Shown here: positions 38,097-51,419 of the stretch, one piece after another
How positions within the stretch are numbered: position 1 is the stretch's first letter
Layout: the number at the start of each line of letters is the position of its first letter
NCBI RefSeq assembly: GCF_002113885.1
Contig: NW_018403842.1
Coordinates: 74,291-138,290, forward strand
Length of the DNA stretch: 64,000 nucleotides
DNA from: Mizuhopecten yessoensis
Lineage: Eukaryota
Direction: 5' to 3'
Notes under the pieces: model-generated
What the model was told of the DNA's origin: nothing
Databases searched by the model: none
The model's input: the letters and a program-made list of their open reading frames with translations, nothing else
Translations under genes and position numbers: made by a program

Positions 38097-39013
38097 CATG
38101 TATACCACACAAGGAAAGTCGATATGACAATCTGGGAATCTAGACCTGTGTCTGGTTGAATGGTTTCCAATTGGTTCCTCTGGTACATGTTTGTAAATAG
38201 CTAATGACTAATTAGCAATAAGTATTCATGGTTAAAAAATATCCGTGACATTAAGAAAGCTTGTTTAGTGTTTAAGACCCTGCAATAGTCACATGAGGAC
38301 GCGGTTACCAAGGGAGACAATGTATGGAAGTTCAGTCTCACGTTCATAATTGATCAGTGTGTTTTCGTGAGGAATCCAGGATATGGCTTATATATTGCGT
38401 CGTTAGTCTAAGGATTCGTTAAGACTTTTTTTAAATTGAATTATGGTTTTCTAATGATTATGAGGGTAATTATTGTGACCCAATGGTTTGCTTACTTTTC
38501 TTAATGTTATTTGGCGTTAAGAGCATAACAACAAAAGAATACCAAAATGTGTACAAAACCACAATTTGAACTCAAAATCGATAAAACTACGGCAACAATA
38601 TGAAGAAAATAAAATATGTACATGGAGAATATTAAAAAAAAAGATACAATGAGATTATGACCATGTGTTCCGGTAGTAAGCCGACTCCAAGTAATGTTAC
38701 GTCCTCGCATCGAGAACTCGGGCATATACAACAAAACCAAAAGGCATAAATAAAATACACAATATGTAATAAAGTAATAGAAGAATCGAATAATACTTTC
38801 AAAAATAAACCATTTATTTCAAAAACCTAACTCCCAATAACATAATAAGCAACAGAAGAATCTATGGTGTTCTTGATGTCAACCTCAGAAATGTTTATAC
38901 AATGGACGTGGTCAATTACTTCCGTTATTCACCAATTGTAGATATGTCTTAAAGTGTTATTGATAAGGTCTTTCTTTTTAAGTCCTGACAAGCTCATGTA
39001 TATATTCAGCTTC

Positions 39014-40050
39014 GATAACATCGTGACATGACGATTTGACCACATGAGAGTTGTTATGTCACCTGAGGGCTAAGCCCGAGGGTGACATAACGACTCGAGG
39101 GTGGGCAAATCGTCATGTCACCCGATAATGTGGTAATCAATTGTTTTATTATTACGAATAAAGATAAGAATTATGATAAGGCACGACTACCCGGTATACT
39201 AGGAGATAAAGTAAAAAGAAAATGATATTAAATAACAAACATTTATAAAATTAGCTAATGTAAACATTTTACCATATTATAGGATTTATCATATCATGAA
39301 ATAATGAACACATTATCTAAAGATCTTTCGCGGAAGGAGATAAAGTGTTGTTTTTTTGTGTGAAGAAATTGAGATTGATATAGTTCATGATGCTCACTGA
39401 AAAAACTCGCCTTTTCGTAAAATTTTAACATTTTTTCTTTGATTTATTGATCGATTTATATGTATTTCATCATTTCATTGCATTAATCATACCATGAAAT
39501 AATCAACACAGCATTAGAAGATCTTCCGCGGAAGAAGAAAGTCTGTTGTTTGGTTTTGATTTGCCCAGGCTTGGCGAGGACGGCAATGAATGTTGTACAC
39601 AGCATCCAATAAAATACCAAAGCAGATTATCGTTGCCATACATGATTGTATTCTATTCATTTATTGCCCTCACTGTGGGTAAACACAATTCTTTGTTCTC
39701 CTCGATTAATCATGTTTCACGAGGGCGAAGCATGACTAATCAAGAAGAAACATAAAATTGTGATCCCCTACTGAAGCGTTTTCTTTCACCGTAAAAAATT
39801 AATCAACCAATTACAAAAAACTAGCACAATAGTAAAGCTGATCAGGTTGACACGCCATTGTTGTCTTCCGCTTCCGTCATTCGGAACTAGGCTGTGGCGG
39901 CTCTTGCAGAATTTTCTAGAGAGGCTCCGAATAAGAAAAATATGATCGGGTAAATTTGAGCGCGTGATGGCGACATGATGTTTTATTATCCTTTCATGTA
40001 ACCAGTATCATCCAATCAGACACGCTGTTACAAAGTTAGTAATACTAATA
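39014..40050. mobile_element. Split-palindrome element (hairpin centred on CCTGAGGGCTAAGCCCGAGGG)
   Basis: Imperfect inverted repeat ~39020-39122 (GTGACATGACGATTTG...CAAATCGTCATGTCAC); its distal portion is homologous to 29110-29390. The right boundary is approximate. Confidence 0.5.
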
Positions 40051-41983
40051 CTTACGAAATCTAAAAACATATTCCTATGCACAGATAACGTTAATCTGTT
40101 CTAAGTCATGGGAAAATAAAACAGTAAGATTTTGTAGTTTCAGTGTATCTCTCTTGAGTAGAATTTGCTATATCCATCATGTCACAATTGTAGCACTTAT
40201 TATTTTTACAATTGTGACATCACAAGGAACAATAAAATGACATCACGAGTTTCGGCAATGGCGAAATTGACGATTTTTTTTTTCTGTCTAAATTACCACA
40301 ACATATGCAATGCACTTTGATTGAGAATATGATTAGAATATCTCAAATTAATCCACACACACTTTTAATGAATTTAGTTGATGTTGTTAATATGGAAGAT
40401 TTTAGAAATCCGATCAAATTTTAAGTCACAGAAAAAAACCCTGATTTATTCCAATTATATGTTCATGCTTAATATCGGACTTTTTTTTTTTTTTTTTTTT
40501 TTTAATTTGATTCGACATATCTGGGGATCCAACTAGAGAATTGGGTACAATGATTAAAAAACATGTCATATAGTTAAATATCACAGATGATGACATACAC
40601 ATGTACTTGGAGAGATAACTGTGTATTACACAGTGCATATTCATGAGAATGATTTCAAACATACTGTCTGTAAACGAGACTTGAAAGAAGACAGATTACA
40701 ATCTAAGATACAGCCAAGTTCCTAAGAATTAAAAGTGTTTTATCTTATTCCACGATGAATGTTCTGATGTTGATTTTACTGTTAGGATAAAACATGTGAA
40801 AGGGAAAAGGAACGAAAACATTTCCTGGAAGCTAAGATACACATATTTCTACAAGGAGTGGACAGTAAAAAATTGTCTATAAGCTCATTAAGAAAACCCC
40901 AGAAATATAAATATTGACGTTGCGTTTCTGGAAAAGAAGATTTATATGATTTCGGTTAGAAGAATACGAATGCAAATCAAAATTGTTTTGAAAATAATAA
41001 TAGAAAAAAAATCTTATTTTGAATAATTTCAATATTCTTTGTTTTTGTCTGTACTTTCATACAATGAGTCTAGCACATATACCTCTGTAAAAAACTTGCA
41101 CGAACGTTTTTTATTTCAAAGGATACACATACACCTTGATATAACTTATTTAATGTGATCATAAAAGTTCAGATGAACCCTTTTATCCCTATGTAATTTA
41201 GTAGGCTCTACCATGCATTTATCTGGACAAGTCCATTGTGGTCTACAGTGGTACAACTCATGAGTTTTCTTGAGAGCTTTCCTCCTATAAAACATGAAAA
41301 TTGAATATGTTTACGTTTCATTGAAAATCTTTTAGTAAATTTGTTTTGTTTCACAATCGAACAGAGAATGTCTATTACAATGTACTACGTAATTTTATAA
41401 ATTAATTAACAATCATCATCAGATATACAAGTACAAATTTTCAAAACTGCTTGGGGATGAGGGGGGCTCCTTTTCTTATATTTTAATAGATAAACCTCCT
41501 CTCCCCTATTTCGTTTGATCCACACCCCTGTGTTACCAACAAGCCTTCTTTGGATTGTATTATTATGAATCTTAAGAACATTACCACAACTCAGCTCTAT
41601 GATTCTATAATGGTTGAATAATTATAAAGAAAAAATATATTGTGTTAAAACTAATCAAATGTAACCACAACGGGAATGTCGGTTAAAACACTTTGGAAAT
41701 ATCAATGATTAGCATGCTGCAAAAAGACATCTAGTGAATTATATTAGTAGATCACGCGGGTAGGTATTCTCTATACTACAATGCAAGGCAGTAGGTATAA
41801 ACGAATGTACCGTGAATATAATAACATGACGTATTAATGGTGATACCTTCAGCACAATGTTGGTGTACATGTATTGATAATAATCGACACTGCGATTCCA
41901 ATAGTCTCCCACTCCCATGATTACAAACACATATAGTTCGGGTTGTCTTCGGCCAATATTATAAGCTCATCATTAAATTTCTC

Positions 41984-42593
41984 AAGGAATGAAAATTATT
42001 TTTCAGCATTCATGAGGTCATAACAACATTGACTTTCTGGACATATTCCATGAAACGCGTTGGCGATTCTTGGTAGATATGTTCAGAAGCCAATATTGTT
42101 ATGACCTTATGAATGTTGAAAAAATAAATACCATTCCTTATATTTACATTTTAAGCGCTTTGAATTTTCCGATGCAAACATAAATAAAAACAATACCGGC
42201 ATTTTGTTTTCTACTCATGCAGTAGAGAGAACAGCGTGTTTTTGCGGAAAAAATGTAAAACTTTCACTGGGGGTCCTAGCAACAGCATGGCAACAAAACC
42301 AACATAATAAAGTTCCATTTTTCCAAATATAATTTGTAGAATTTACACAAGCCGTATATTATTATCATGTACCTGATGTACCTCATTTGAGCTTTAAAAT
42401 GAAGCCTTTCATGTTTAATGTTAATCATATTAACATAACTAAGCTACTTTTCACCACGGACGTGTACGAATTACGCCCTGTGCTACGCAATTAAAGTCCA
42501 TCAATACGCAGTGATGAGGTCGCCTGTGTTATGCAAAAATGAATGTCATTTTACCAATGGGTCCAAGTTTACAGAATGTAAATATAAGGGAAT
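41984..42593. mobile_element. Split-palindrome element with short terminal direct repeat AAGG(G)AAT
   Basis: Hairpin 41984-42139; distal end AATGTAAATATAAGGGAAT (42575-42593) is complementary to ATTCCTTATATTTACATT (42133-42150); empty site in the paralogous spacer at ~31500-31545 (AAATTTCAGGAATTATACTATGACATG). Confidence 0.8.
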
Positions 42594-43358
42594 ATATGAT
42601 GACATATTAGCTACAATGTGTTTTATTGGTTACATATGAAAATATCTGACCAATAGCAAGACTGATAGCTGTCCTTTGAAGATAACAGAGGAGCGATACC
42701 AATGTCCAAAAAGTGGGCCACGGAATTATTTTGATCCACATCAAACGACCAAATTACTTGACTTATATCATCCACAAAAGTGCGCGTGCAGAGCCTTTGA
42801 CGTCACGACAAGGGTGTAAAGCACGAAAGGGAGCGTAACCCCTTACATTTCGAAGTTGTAGTCACGAACATTCATGATATTGCTATATAATTGTCGTATG
42901 CAGGAATGTAATTTTCAATACACTGGTGACATTCGACTAAGTGTGTTTAGCAAGGGCTTTAGTTAACATGCTTTTAAAAAATATTTCACCCATTTGTTGT
43001 GTTGGAGGTATCTCCCTTTAATATCTTTGACTCAGGACGATATCATTTAGCAATACCTTTGATTAGTCTTTCGTCATGTCAGAATGTTTTTCAGGCTGAT
43101 GTGTCATTTACTGTGTTCAAGTTGTGACACTTATCATTAGTAAGCATTGTCTTTATATAATATTTGCTGTTACAAAGTCTTTAGATGCACATACACAAAC
43201 ACCCCTTTAAGAAATAAATATCGGATCATCACAGTTTCCCGATAAATCTCGCTCCTTTATTGCTTGTTTGATGTTTAAGCCTTATAAACGTTAAAAGTAT
43301 ACTATAACGGTCACACAAAATACTCTGTAAAAGTTAATGTCAAACAAGAGTACCATTT

Positions 43359-43561
43359 CTACACAATTTCGCATGCAAAATCACAAATGGATGCACACGA
43401 GATGTCAATGAAAGCAGAGTGATATATAGCAACACAGTTTTCGTCACGGTAATGGTTTGGTTCATTGGTATACCAATTGGTTGTAAGGTTAGCGCCGTTA
43501 CTCCATACAAACGACCGTTCAGTTTCCTCATCCGTCGAGCCTACAAAGATGAATCTTCCAG
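43359..43561 (-). CDS. PAN/apple + C-type lectin copy C, exon 4
   Basis: Reads (A)GRFIFVGSTDEETERSFVWSNGANLTTNWYTNEPNHYRDENCVAIYHSAFIDISCASICDFACEIV*; 203 nt as in copy B; full model 224 aa. Confidence 0.9.
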
Positions 43562-44556
43562 CTAAAGAAAAAGGGGGGAAAAGAAATAGACAAAGTTAGA
43601 TTCGTTGATTGGTTTTTGTTTGTTTTTGTTTTGTGTTCTCTGTTTGTTTGGGGTCGGGATGGATATGCAGTTATTTGAAATTTCATTTCGGATTGAAAAC
43701 TGTCCGTACTCAGTTGTTGCTATTTCGATGCGTTGATACCAGTTTTGTTTTACAATGGCCAGATTACGGTACATAATACGTGCCTCACTGATTGATACAT
43801 GTAAACATAGATATCCAAAGACAAATGGACAGATAATGTGGAAATATTAATTCAAACTATGAGTCAGCAGAAAAGACGCATGCACATAATGTTATTTAAA
43901 CTGTGCGGGGAGGTATAATATTGAAACAAATGTCTATCATAAAAATATGTATCTGTGGAAATAAACATAAGATCAAGACACGTATATGTTTTCTTCCTTT
44001 AAAATAATCACAATTTACTTGATGGTGTACCCAATGCTCTGCTGAAGGGCAAGTAAAATATTGTTAAGAAGAAGCAAATGAGAAACACAACACGATACTT
44101 AATGCAATACATATACACTATTTGGGCTACAAAGGGCATGTATTTTTAGACATCGGATTAGGTCTGCTATTCGATTTTGATTTAACTCGAGAAAATTTTG
44201 CCGATGCTTTGTTTTGGCATCTTCGAAGTTTAGGGGTTTACTCCCATTTATGTTCATTTCACCCATGGATAATGTCATGACGAAATTTGTAAGGCGCGCG
44301 GTAAGCCATTCGATGGTAAAATTACCTGACCAATCGCTAGGCAGATACCTGCATTTTGAAAAATTACGGAGAAGCGACACCCGACTTTCAATCCGGTCAG
44401 TTTTACAATTATGCTGCCTCAAGATTCTCATGATTTACATCAAAGGATCAAACTTGCAAACTTCTGCCATATGGGAGCTTAACTCCTGGAATTTCGATCA
44501 AACATTGAACGACAAAAAGCTTCTTTTGAAGTACATTTTGCCCGTGATTCACATAC

Positions 44557-44733
44557 CTTGGTAGTCAGACAGTCCTGTGAAGTAATTCAGCTTCTCGTCT
44601 GTATCTAGGACGACCAATCTCCCCTCCAGAGTACCACAGAACGACTCCGCCTCAGCTTGTGTTTTCTGTATGTTTAGGAACAGGCCGATATGCCATTCCA
44701 GTTGTGCATTATACAAGAAACCATCAAAATGGC
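44557..44733 (-). CDS. PAN/apple + C-type lectin copy C, exon 3
   Basis: Reads (R)HFDGFLYNAQLEWHIGLFLNIQKTQAEAESFCGTLEGRLVVLDTDEKLNYFTGLSDYQ; acceptor TTTCAG, donor GTATGT; 177 nt. Confidence 0.9.
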
Positions 44734-45696
44734 CTGAAATTACAAAAAATATATCAGAAATAATTAAATGTTTTCCAATACATATGACTGCACAGTCCAT
44801 TGAGTTGTTAATTTAATAATCCTACTTAAAACTTTTATCTTATCCCATTCTCTTTTTGTAGTAACTCTTTCTCCCTCTTTCTCCCTCTAATGCTATCGTA
44901 CATCGAAATATTAATTGAAACGTCGATCATCGATATATCAATTTATAAATCGATGATCGATTTATTCATTGAAAAAATTCTCAGACGTCGTTGCCTTTCC
45001 TTGACAAAACAGGGGATTATTCTTAATTATTCTTACTGCTAAATTAATTACGTGCTTTTTTACGTATGTTCTAACCCCGAAAGGAATGCATATTAAAAGC
45101 AAACAGTCCGAAAAAGAAAAAAGAGGAGAAAAACATCAGTACATCAAAGCTTACACCACGTATTCAACTCGAGAAACTGCAATAGAAACCCAAATATAAA
45201 TTGAAACGAACGGAAACACAGTACAAATTCCAACAAAAGAATGATTCGAAACCAGATGCCGAAAAGAGTAAGTGTTTTCCCTGCGTTATATGTGTCAGTC
45301 TGTCTCTCACAAAATCCGGCAAAATATTTCATCGTGGCCTACTTGACCCATATCAAACTGAAATTCTGACTTGCAAGTTTGTCTGGAACACACGTTGTTT
45401 TTGGTCGCCAGTGTGTTTTGAAACGGTGTTGATTGACAGACCGTGCACGAAGGAGAACCTTGACAGCAACGGTCACAGGACAAAGAAAAATCAAATGAGA
45501 AAAATATTGAATTAATCGTATATTGAAATATGATTGTTCCAACGTTTTCGAAAATCAACATGGCGGTGAAGACGTTCAGTCAGATAATTAGTTTAACTTT
45601 CAAAATTAAATCAGTTAACAGTTTAACAATACACACTGTAACTGGTGTTGCTGAAACATTTTATAGCATTGTATGTAATACGGATAGCAAACGTAC

Positions 45697-45930
45697 GGTT
45701 CCAAAGGCGATTTCCAAGTTGTGACGTCATACCCGTCTTCCTTTCTAGACAGTTGCATTCTCCAGTTCCATTGTTATATGTAGCTGCCTTACATTTAGCC
45801 GTGTTCGAGCAGCCGAGTAGACAGATGACCAGGTATAACTCGGTAGTGGTCAACAGTGATGGTCCGTACGACCGGTCAGCGCCATCCACGTCCTGTAGCC
45901 AATCGAACGATCTAGAAGACGTCCCTCTCA
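45697..45930 (-). CDS. PAN/apple + C-type lectin copy C, exon 2 (PAN/apple-like)
   Basis: Reads (V)RGTSSRSFDWLQDVDGADRSYGPSLLTTTELYLVICLLGCSNTAKCKAATYNNGTGECNCLERKTGMTSQLGNRLWN; 234 nt. Confidence 0.88.
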
Positions 45931-46121
45931 CTGAAATTTGAAGTGACTTCTAAAAACACTTGTATACATAATTAAACAGTCTGCTTAAAAATCGTTTCAA
46001 CTGAAGTGTACTACTTTTTGAAGCTTTAATCTTCATTATGTTTAGAGTAGGAGATGTACATTTCTACCATTCTGATAAGGGTAGTGGTAAACTTCCAGGG
46101 ATGTTGCGTTTTTATGTTCTC

Positions 46122-46403
46122 TGCACCCCTGGAATATGTCATGACAAAATCGAAGGCTCGCTGTAACACATTTTTATAAGTTACAGGTACAAAATAAAAT
46201 AATCAATCGCTAAGCTGATACCTGACAATGAAAGATTACAGAGGAATGACATCCGATTTCAAAGCCAGCGCATTATTATAGCGTTACGCAGCCTCGAGAG
46301 CATTTGATATCCGTCCAATTATTTCACACAAGTCAATTCGTTGCCTCAACAAGGTGGCGGATACGAAGCCTTCGATTTTGTCATGACATATATCAGGGGT
46401 GCA
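46122..46403. mobile_element. MITE with ~37-bp TIRs in intron 1 of copy C
   Basis: TGCACCCCTGGAATATGTCATGACAAAATCGAAGGCT ... AGCCTTCGATTTTGTCATGACATATATCAGGGGTGCA; an older relative starts at ~24872. Confidence 0.8.
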
Positions 46404-47670
46404 TATTAAGTACACGTAAGTGAGTGTTTACACTACAATTTCGAGGATAGGGTATCAGGCGAATAAAGCTGGAAAGTTTATTATACGTTAAGTAAATGCT
46501 ATTTTTTGTCTGTTATCAAGTATTATTTGTCTACAATTATAAACAGTATGTATTCTACCACGTTTGCGATGTAACGTCACTATTGAAAGATAGGCCATGC
46601 GCGTACACGTATTATGTCTTATTTTCCAATATACTAACGCTCTTCCAAAAACCTCCCCTGCAAATGTAGCGGCAAACAAGCGAGTCGCGGGACTGGTTCT
46701 ATTTGTCAAATGAGCCAGGTACCCGCATTGTATTTTGTATGTATTTGAAGATTTGCTAGCGGACGAACAAAAAGATCTATTTTACTTCTAGATCGGTCTA
46801 GCTCATGATCGGAATGTTTCGCTAAACTTAAGTAGTGTTTGTAAATCCTTCAAATGCTGATTGCATGTGTTGACGAGCGATGTCGATAAAATAGGAGAAT
46901 TTGATTGATTGAAATAAATATCTGGCATAAAACATGACGTCAGTTATTATTGTTTATCGTCTGTTAACCAAAAGGTGACTTTAAATTAAAGAAAATCCAT
47001 CCCACAGGGTCAGAAATGATCAAAAAAAGTGCAGCTTGTTATAAGATGAAGACATATAGGGATCACTTGACAAATGGTAGCGAGCCCAAAAGAGAACAGC
47101 CTATTTAATTTATTAAGTTATCTAAGGCACCCTGCTAATCAAAGGTGTATTGATACTGAGATTGACACAAATAAGACTTTCGTTACATTTGACTTGTTAA
47201 AATAGATATATTCAACATATGTTTATATTGATTACTTCTTAATCAATTTTGACAACCAATTTATACATAGTCCAGCGACATCTAAAGGTACTATAATGAC
47301 GTCACTGTCACATACGCACATACATAAGTGATATCGTTTCAAGTTTGGCATAACATATCAACCATTTTCGACATGAAAATCAAACCCCATCTCTCTGGAA
47401 AAACTGTGAGTGCGATCTATCAAAGTTAAGTATGCTTTTTATTTCATTTTATAGCTTCGCTAGCCTGCAAATTCCGTTCCGAACTACGAAACCACAGATG
47501 ATTTTTTTTCACAAGAGAAATTTCAATATTAATTTCTGCATGTCCACATTGTTCTGAAAGAGTCCGATGCATAACAATTATCCGAAATATTAGACAATCT
47601 TCCTTGAATTACAATGAATGTAACGGTTCTCCTTAGTTCTCTCTTTTTATGAATAAAATGGTTTACTTAC

Positions 47671-47731
47671 CATGTTGATATCTGATGTTGATTAGGTAAA
47701 CCATAGGTAGAATCTTCCTTATGAAGTCCAT
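47671..47731 (-). CDS. PAN/apple + C-type lectin copy C, exon 1 (probable signal peptide)
   Basis: ATG at 47731; MDFIRKILPMVYLINIRYQH; donor GTAAGT. Confidence 0.83.
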
Positions 47732-48892
47732 TGCTTTTGTCTGATGCCAAATGTTGAGGATATACCATACAAGTAACGTTGAGACAACAATTACGGAATC
47801 TACAACTGTAATAGGTTTCCAATTGGTGAACTTTCTTTGTAAATTGATTATGACTTATTAGCAATAAAATGTCATGTTTCATGAATACCTGTGACATTAG
47901 GGACGTTTGTTAAGTGTTTAAGGTACAGTAAAAGTAAAATGAAACCATTACCACGGGAGACAATGTAATACAGTTCAGTCTCACATCTAATATTTATCAG
48001 TATGTTTTCGTGAGGAATCAAGGCCCCGTGATCATGAAACAATCTTAGACTTCAGTTTTTACTTAGCCAATCATGTATGACGTCACTTTTCATGACGTTA
48101 TTTATGATTGGTTAAGACAAAAGAAGTTTAATTGAGTCCAACTTGAGAAGATATTAAAATATAAATTATTATATCGTGTAGCATTTTCGAATTCCCCAAT
48201 TGTAACATCACAAGAAATGATTGAATGACGTCACAAATTTTGCGGCAATGACAAAATTGACGATTATTTTCTTTTCTTTTTCTTTTTTCCTGTCTAAAAA
48301 ATCCCAAAATAAACGATGAAACATACTTTTATAGACGAACTAGTTAAGATGATCCAAGCTGTGTTACGTTAATCATTTAGCCCATTTATTCAGCACTTGG
48401 AGACCAGTATCATTTAGCCCATTTATTCAGCACTTGGAGACCAGTATCATTATAAATTTACAATCGATCATAAAAGACTGTATTTCCACAGCTGTGAAAT
48501 TTTACTACCTATTGTGTGCCTTCATATAGCTTACGCTATCTTAGCTTCTGATAAGCAAGCCTAGTTATGCAAAACAAGCGGATTGTCGGCCCGATGTCTT
48601 ATCTTCAGTTTTTGTAAATATTAGGAAATTGAAACAGAGCAAAATTAACCTACAGACAACATATGCTTTGATCGTTACATAATAGGTGATCTCACAATCA
48701 TGGTTTTTCTACTTCCGGTAAATTCAGACAGTCAGCGTACTGAGTAAAATTGTTAATTGTAATCGTATCGGATCGGCAAACTCCGCCTGAGCACGGACTT
48801 TTATTCCGTAATCGACGGAATTGACCGAGACGTTACGACTGTAGTTTGATGATCATATTCGTAAGTGGGTCCCGAACTGAACAGCTGTGAGC

Positions 48893-48932
48893 ATGTACTG
48901 TCTAATATTATTAATCCTAACCGTGGGTCAAG
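48893..48932 (+). CDS. Perlucin-like C-type lectin, exon 1 (signal peptide)
   Basis: MYCLILLILTVGQ + G|GTTTGT; splices in frame to give MYCLILLILTVGQALA-RCPNGW. Confidence 0.8.
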
Positions 48933-49751
48933 GTTTGTATTTAAAACAATGTTTAACCGAATTCATTTCTTATTTACTTGTTCTTATTTTACCTGACTGT
49001 GGTGGCCCTGGACCATTGTTGGTGTTCAATCAACTTGTGACTATTTATATCAAGTTATCTTTAATCGTGGTTAGGATGAGCTTTCAAAATCAATTGAAAG
49101 CTTACCAAATCAGGCTTGCATTGACAGAGGAAACAGAAGGTATTCCATTCTACTGGTAATTGACTAAATCGAGATTTAGGGAGTAAAATTTAACATATAG
49201 AGGGAGTAATGATGAACAATATCTTGCGATAATATCAATTTATTAAAGAACAATTGTAGGTATGTAATAAAAGCAACACCACACATGTGGTCATCTGATG
49301 TCCAAGATAGCGCTCCTTTATTGCGCGAATACACATGTATTTCACTTAGGGTGTAAATACATCCATAGGAGCAATACACTACTGCAAACAAAGACGTCCA
49401 TCTATTTAATTCAAAATCATTACCAGAATAGATTATCTTTCACCTAAATACGAAATCACTGCAGGTCCATACCAGTGTGATAAAACTTAAGAAATGTACC
49501 AAACTAGATACGAAGAGCAAACCCGCTAAACTCGAATACGATGTTTGAAATTTTTCCAAACATGATAATTAAGGCTCGACAGAATTTTACCGTCGAGCTA
49601 GCAGGAACATATTTCAGTAATTTGACGTCGATAAATAACAATTTTTTTGAGAAAATTATCTTGTTCAATTATGACCTTTATCTGTGAAATATACACGTGA
49701 ATTGAGTTGCCTTGATTCACCTGAACGTGTTTGTTTTTCATTTGTATTCAG

Positions 49752-49840
49752 CACTAGCCAGGTGTCCGAATGGCTGGACTGCTCATGGTGATTCATGTTA
49801 TCATGTCAGTAGGGACGAAGCGTCGTGGGTAGAGGCGACG
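49752..49840 (+). CDS. Perlucin-like C-type lectin, exon 2
   Basis: Acceptor TATTCAG, donor GTAAGA; reads (A)LARCPNGWTAHGDSCYHVSRDEASWVEAT, the long-form CTLD start CPxGW...SCY. Confidence 0.92.
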
Positions 49841-50795
49841 GTAAGACAATTATAAAATTACTACTAATGCAGACTCTTTTGCTTGGAAGGATTAGGGAGG
49901 GGTGGAATGATTTTGGTTTTTAATTATGACTGCTACATTCATAACCAATAGGTGGCGCTGGGGGTAATACCAACAATTACAATTGCAAGCGAAATGTTTA
50001 CACATCCGAGAATCATCGAGATCTAAATACTGGATAACTCCAGAGGGTACCATATTTAATCACACCGGAACACATCTACGTTTGCTGCAAAAGTGTCTGT
50101 GAAAAATTGTAACATCAGAAAATGTTTGAAAAGGAAAATGTGTCCTGTACATTATTGGCAGATGGATGCGTGGTGTCTGAGTAGTGGGATCACTTGGTTT
50201 ATGATGGCAAACAGTGGTACAATTTGATAAGTAGTATGCAGGTGAATAGATCAACTGCTAGATTAGAGGTGAATGGATAATAGGGAACCTAGATTAGTGT
50301 TGGCTTGGTAGTGGGACAATGTTATTCATGTTGGATGGGTAGTGGAGAAACTAGTTTAGACATGACTATTATGGGAACAACTGGAAAAGTATTTGCTTGA
50401 TAGTGGGACCACTCAATAAGTGTTGGCTGACAGGGGCACCAGATGATTGATTATCGCTGATAGTGAGACTACTGAGTTAGTGTCGGGTTGTAGTGGAACC
50501 ACTGCATTAGTGGTAGCTGAATAATGGGCCACTGGATTAAAATAAGCGTGTAAACGAGACAATGTGTAGGATTGTTTGATACTTGATACTTGTTCTTTTC
50601 AACTTTAGTACATAGGATGAGTCTTCAACGTACGAACTAGTCCTATGGTTTATTAGGATAAAAAACACCTTAAGTTGACTTTTTGCGTCGACATTTTATA
50701 CCTACATGTAATTTTGTTTTACAATTGATGCATCAGTCTTCGACTGTATTGACATTTTTGTTCATTTATGTAACAATATACTTCATGGTCAACAG

Positions 50796-50886
50796 CGGAT
50801 GTGTGAACTTCACAGTGCCTATTTGACAAAAGTACAAACGAGCTATGAAGAGACATTTCTTTCGTCCATAGTCCGTTCGCTTCATC
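50796..50886 (+). CDS. Perlucin-like C-type lectin, exon 3
   Basis: Acceptor CAACAG, donor GTAAGT; reads RMCELHSAYLTKVQTSYEETFLSSIVRSLH. Confidence 0.9.
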
Positions 50887-51152
50887 GTAAGTATCTGTGA
50901 ATGGGCCCCAAAATCTGAATACAATACTGTCGTAATTTAATTCGTCCTTTCATCACTGGGAAAAAGCTGAATAAGAATTCGTTAATGCCGAGTGTTCTCG
51001 TGTATATCAATATATGGTTTTAGAACATCTTTATAGAGAAACTTTATCATTCGCCTATAATGAAAGAAAAATATGGCGAATTATTCTAACACAATTTGCT
51101 ACCGTTAGGTCCTCTAAGCTTTGCAGTTTTACCTTTGTTTCTGTTCCCCCAG

Positions 51153-51369
51153 ATGGGCACACGTTCTGGCTCGGCGGGTCAGATTGGACAACTGAAGGGG
51201 AATGGGTCTGGGAGCCCGAGGGAACCCCCTTCTTGTATAAAGACTGGGCAAACAAACAGCCGGACAACCACGCCAATCAGGACCACTGTCTCGCCCTGGA
51301 GGGGTCGGTACACTTCCAGTGGACAGACGAGAACTGTCAGGACACGAACAGATATATCTGTGAAAGAAG
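51153..51369 (+). CDS. Perlucin-like C-type lectin, exon 4 (QPD...WTD sugar-binding motifs)
   Basis: Acceptor CCCCCAG, donor GTAAGT; reads (H)GHTFWLGGSDWTTEGEWVWEPEGTPFLYKDWANKQPDNHANQDHCLALEGSVHFQWTDENCQDTNRYICER. Confidence 0.95.
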
Positions 51370-51419
51370 GTAAGTCATCTGAAGTGTCAGGAACTTGAAA
51401 TCATATGAAAAAGAAATAT

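Noticed and set aside
48371-48450. Exact 37-bp direct duplication between the head-to-head genes
   Set aside because: Real, but a simple two-copy slippage event with no evidence of function.
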